This document shows, piece after piece, positions 61,864 to 64,000 of a stretch of 64,000 bases of DNA (positions are counted from its first letter, which is position 1; every line of letters starts with the position of its first letter). The stretch lies in the NCBI GenBank assembly GCA_047967505.1, contig CM106538.1, one strand, 5' to 3'. Origin of the DNA: Dipteris shenzhenensis (taxonomy: Eukaryota). Below the pieces are notes generated by a model, which was given only the letters and a program-made list of their open reading frames with translations, made no database searches and had not been told where the DNA came from. The position numbers were made by a program, and so were the translations under genes.

Positions 61864-64000
61864 GAATGTTCCCACAAACTTTTTGTACTCTCTGAAAATC
61901 CGGTCCATCATGCGATTGAGGGTAGCAGGAGCTACAGTCAAACCAAATGGCATGACAAGAAACTCATAAAGCCCAAAAGTAGTTCTGAAGGCAGTCTTGT
62001 GTACGTCTTCGGGCCTGATTCGTATTATTACCACTCTTCAAGTCAATGCAACTGAAGATGGCTGATCCCTCTAATCGATCCAAAATATCATCAATGCGTT
62101 GGATGGGGGGAATCGATTCTTGATAGAGATCTTATTCAAAGCCCTATAATCAATACACATTCTCCAAGATCCATCCTTCTTCTGCACCAATAGGATGGGA
62201 GAGCAATATGGAGAAGAGCTTGGCTGAATCAGCCCTAATGCTTGGAACCAATTTTTAAAGCATGACCCTAGTGAACTAGACCAATGACCTCAAAGAACAG
62301 AACCACTCTAATAGCACTAGGAGTTACACTTGTTGCACATAAAATATGAGGTACCCTTTGGACTTAACTAATGCCCCTAGCTTGGCAACCCTAGGCCAAA
62401 TTCAGTGACAGTTAGTTTAATCACTTCGCCATCACGTCCCCGTGACACAATCATGTGTGCCAACTATGTGCTCAACCGAGCACCCACTCAGGCATTGAAG
62501 AGCATGACTCCCTATGAAACATGGACAAGTCATAAGCCTGTCATTTCTCACATGTGGATGTTCGGGTCTCTTGCGTATGTGCATGTAGCCTCTCAGTTGA
62601 GGCATAAGCTTGATGATAAAGCTATCAAATGCATCTTCATTGGCTACATCTCACAAAGCAAAAGTTACAAGTTGTTTCAACCTAGCACATGCAAGGTGAT
62701 TGTCAGTAGGGACATGGTTATTGCTGAGCATGCCCCTTTACCTTGGCTGGACTGTAAAACACAGCCTTCAGTGGAAGCCTCTGATGTGTTTAATTCTATT
62801 CCGCGTTTCACAAATACAGATGACACAGTGCAGAGCACCATGCCACATGTTTCTAGCAGAGCCAATCCTCCTCCCGTTGCTCTTGCTCAGCCTGATTTTC
62901 CATCGCCAGATGGCCATGCTATCGAGCAAGCAATTCAAGAGGAGAGGGCTGTCATCATACAGTAAAAATCAGTCCCTCGTTGGTTTTGTATACCCTCAGG
63001 GACAGCAAGCAGACTGAGCCTTTGCCTACCCGCACTAGAGGTGCGCACAAACAAATGCAAGGCAATTTTTTGCCTGTAGCTTTGATTGCCACTACCTGTA
63101 ATGAGGAGCCGTATGTCACAAAGATGCATTTGAAAGTCATGAATGGATGCAGGCCATGAGAGCTGAACTTGATTCCATTCAAGCAAATGGCACATGGGAC
63201 TTGTGCAGGCAAGTATGCATCTGCACAAAGTGGGTTTACAAACTGAAGCACAAAGTTGATGGCAGTGCTGATCGCTACAAAGGTCGCCTTGTTGCGAAAG
63301 GTTAAGCCCCACAGCATGGTATTGACTTTGAAGAGACATCTACTTCCACTTCACGCATCACGACCATTCGTTGTGTCATTGCTCTTGCATCACACAAGCA
63401 TTGGGCGGTTCATCAGTTGGACATCAAGACCACCTTTCTTCACGGGGATTTAGTGGAAGAGGTCTATGCCACTCAGCCTCCAGGGTCTGAAACTAAGGTA
63501 TGCCAGCTTTAAAAAGCTCTTTATGGTTTGAAGTAGGCACCACACGCATGGTATGCCAAGATACATTCTTTTCTGCTGTGCCTTGGGTTTCATAACAGCC
63601 CTACAGAGGCTACTCCTTATGTCCGGAAGAGTGAATCAGAATTTCTGGTTTTGATTCTATATGTGGATGACATGGTTATCACTAGGCCAGACTCGCAGAA
63701 ATTTGCAGATTTCAAAGCTGATTTGCAAACATCATTTGCAATGACAGACATGGGTCGGTTGCACTATTACTTGGGCATCCAGTTTGCATATGTTGAGGGG
63801 GGTATAATGATGAGTCAGTCCAAGTACATTGGACAGCTCTTAGACCACTCCCAGTTTGAAGATTGCAAGCTAGTTTCTACACCATTGGGGCCTGGTTTTC
63901 GTTTCTCCTCTGAGGATGGGAGTGCACCATTTGATGCCACCCTTTATCAGCAGGCTGTGGGCTGCCTTATTTATTTATGTCATACACGAGTGTTGTCCCA

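Larger units (their letters stand above)
57303..62447 (-). mobile_element. Rearranged chromovirus-type Gypsy element nested in Copia-C
   Basis: 3' LTR 57303-59051 preceded by PPT; truncated 5' LTR 62232-62447; INT (MDFVFDLP, SDRDPR, YHPQSDGQ, GPF) and chromodomain-like tail; flanks caatta/caatca. Confidence 0.85.
56030..64000 (+). mobile_element. Degraded Copia element (Copia-C), interrupted and running off the window
   Basis: LWHERLGHLNF, HSDV|CG, FVTFKDDFT, YTPQQNALAERKNRT; resumes at 62448 with ANYVLNRAPT, KCIFIGY, QLDIKTTFLHG, LYVDDM. Confidence 0.85.

Overview
Eukaryotic, almost entirely transposon-derived DNA from a land plant (probably seed-free, e.g. fern-like; this is inference). 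No host gene, RNA gene or CRISPR array is evident. Bases ~1-40.9 kb are a four-level nest that can be rebuilt from target-site duplications. (1) A hAT transposase is split by (2) a Copia LTR element (2100-38829, TSD aacca). (3) The Copia RT is split by a TIR DNA transposon (11883-37351, 30-bp TIRs, TSD agtg, ~12.6 kb net). (4) That element's Sola-like DDD transposase is split by an Athila/Tat-type Gypsy element (21719-34553, TSD aggga). The TIR transposon is the most interesting object. Opposite its transposase it carries chromatin-type cargo: a ParB-like domain joined to a degenerate beta-class N4C/N6A DNA-methyltransferase-like domain, an FCP1/NIF-type HAD phosphatase domain that is probably spliced in frame, and a SET domain. 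Between the two divergent genes lie ~20 copies of the palindrome AGATTTGGCC-N4-GGCCAAATCT. The rest of the window holds relics: a Helitron RepHel, a Sola2-like transposase, a 7-bp minisatellite, degraded Gypsy and Copia sequences, and a rearranged chromovirus nested in a Copia. All domain calls come from motif recognition by eye and need HMM or structure confirmation.
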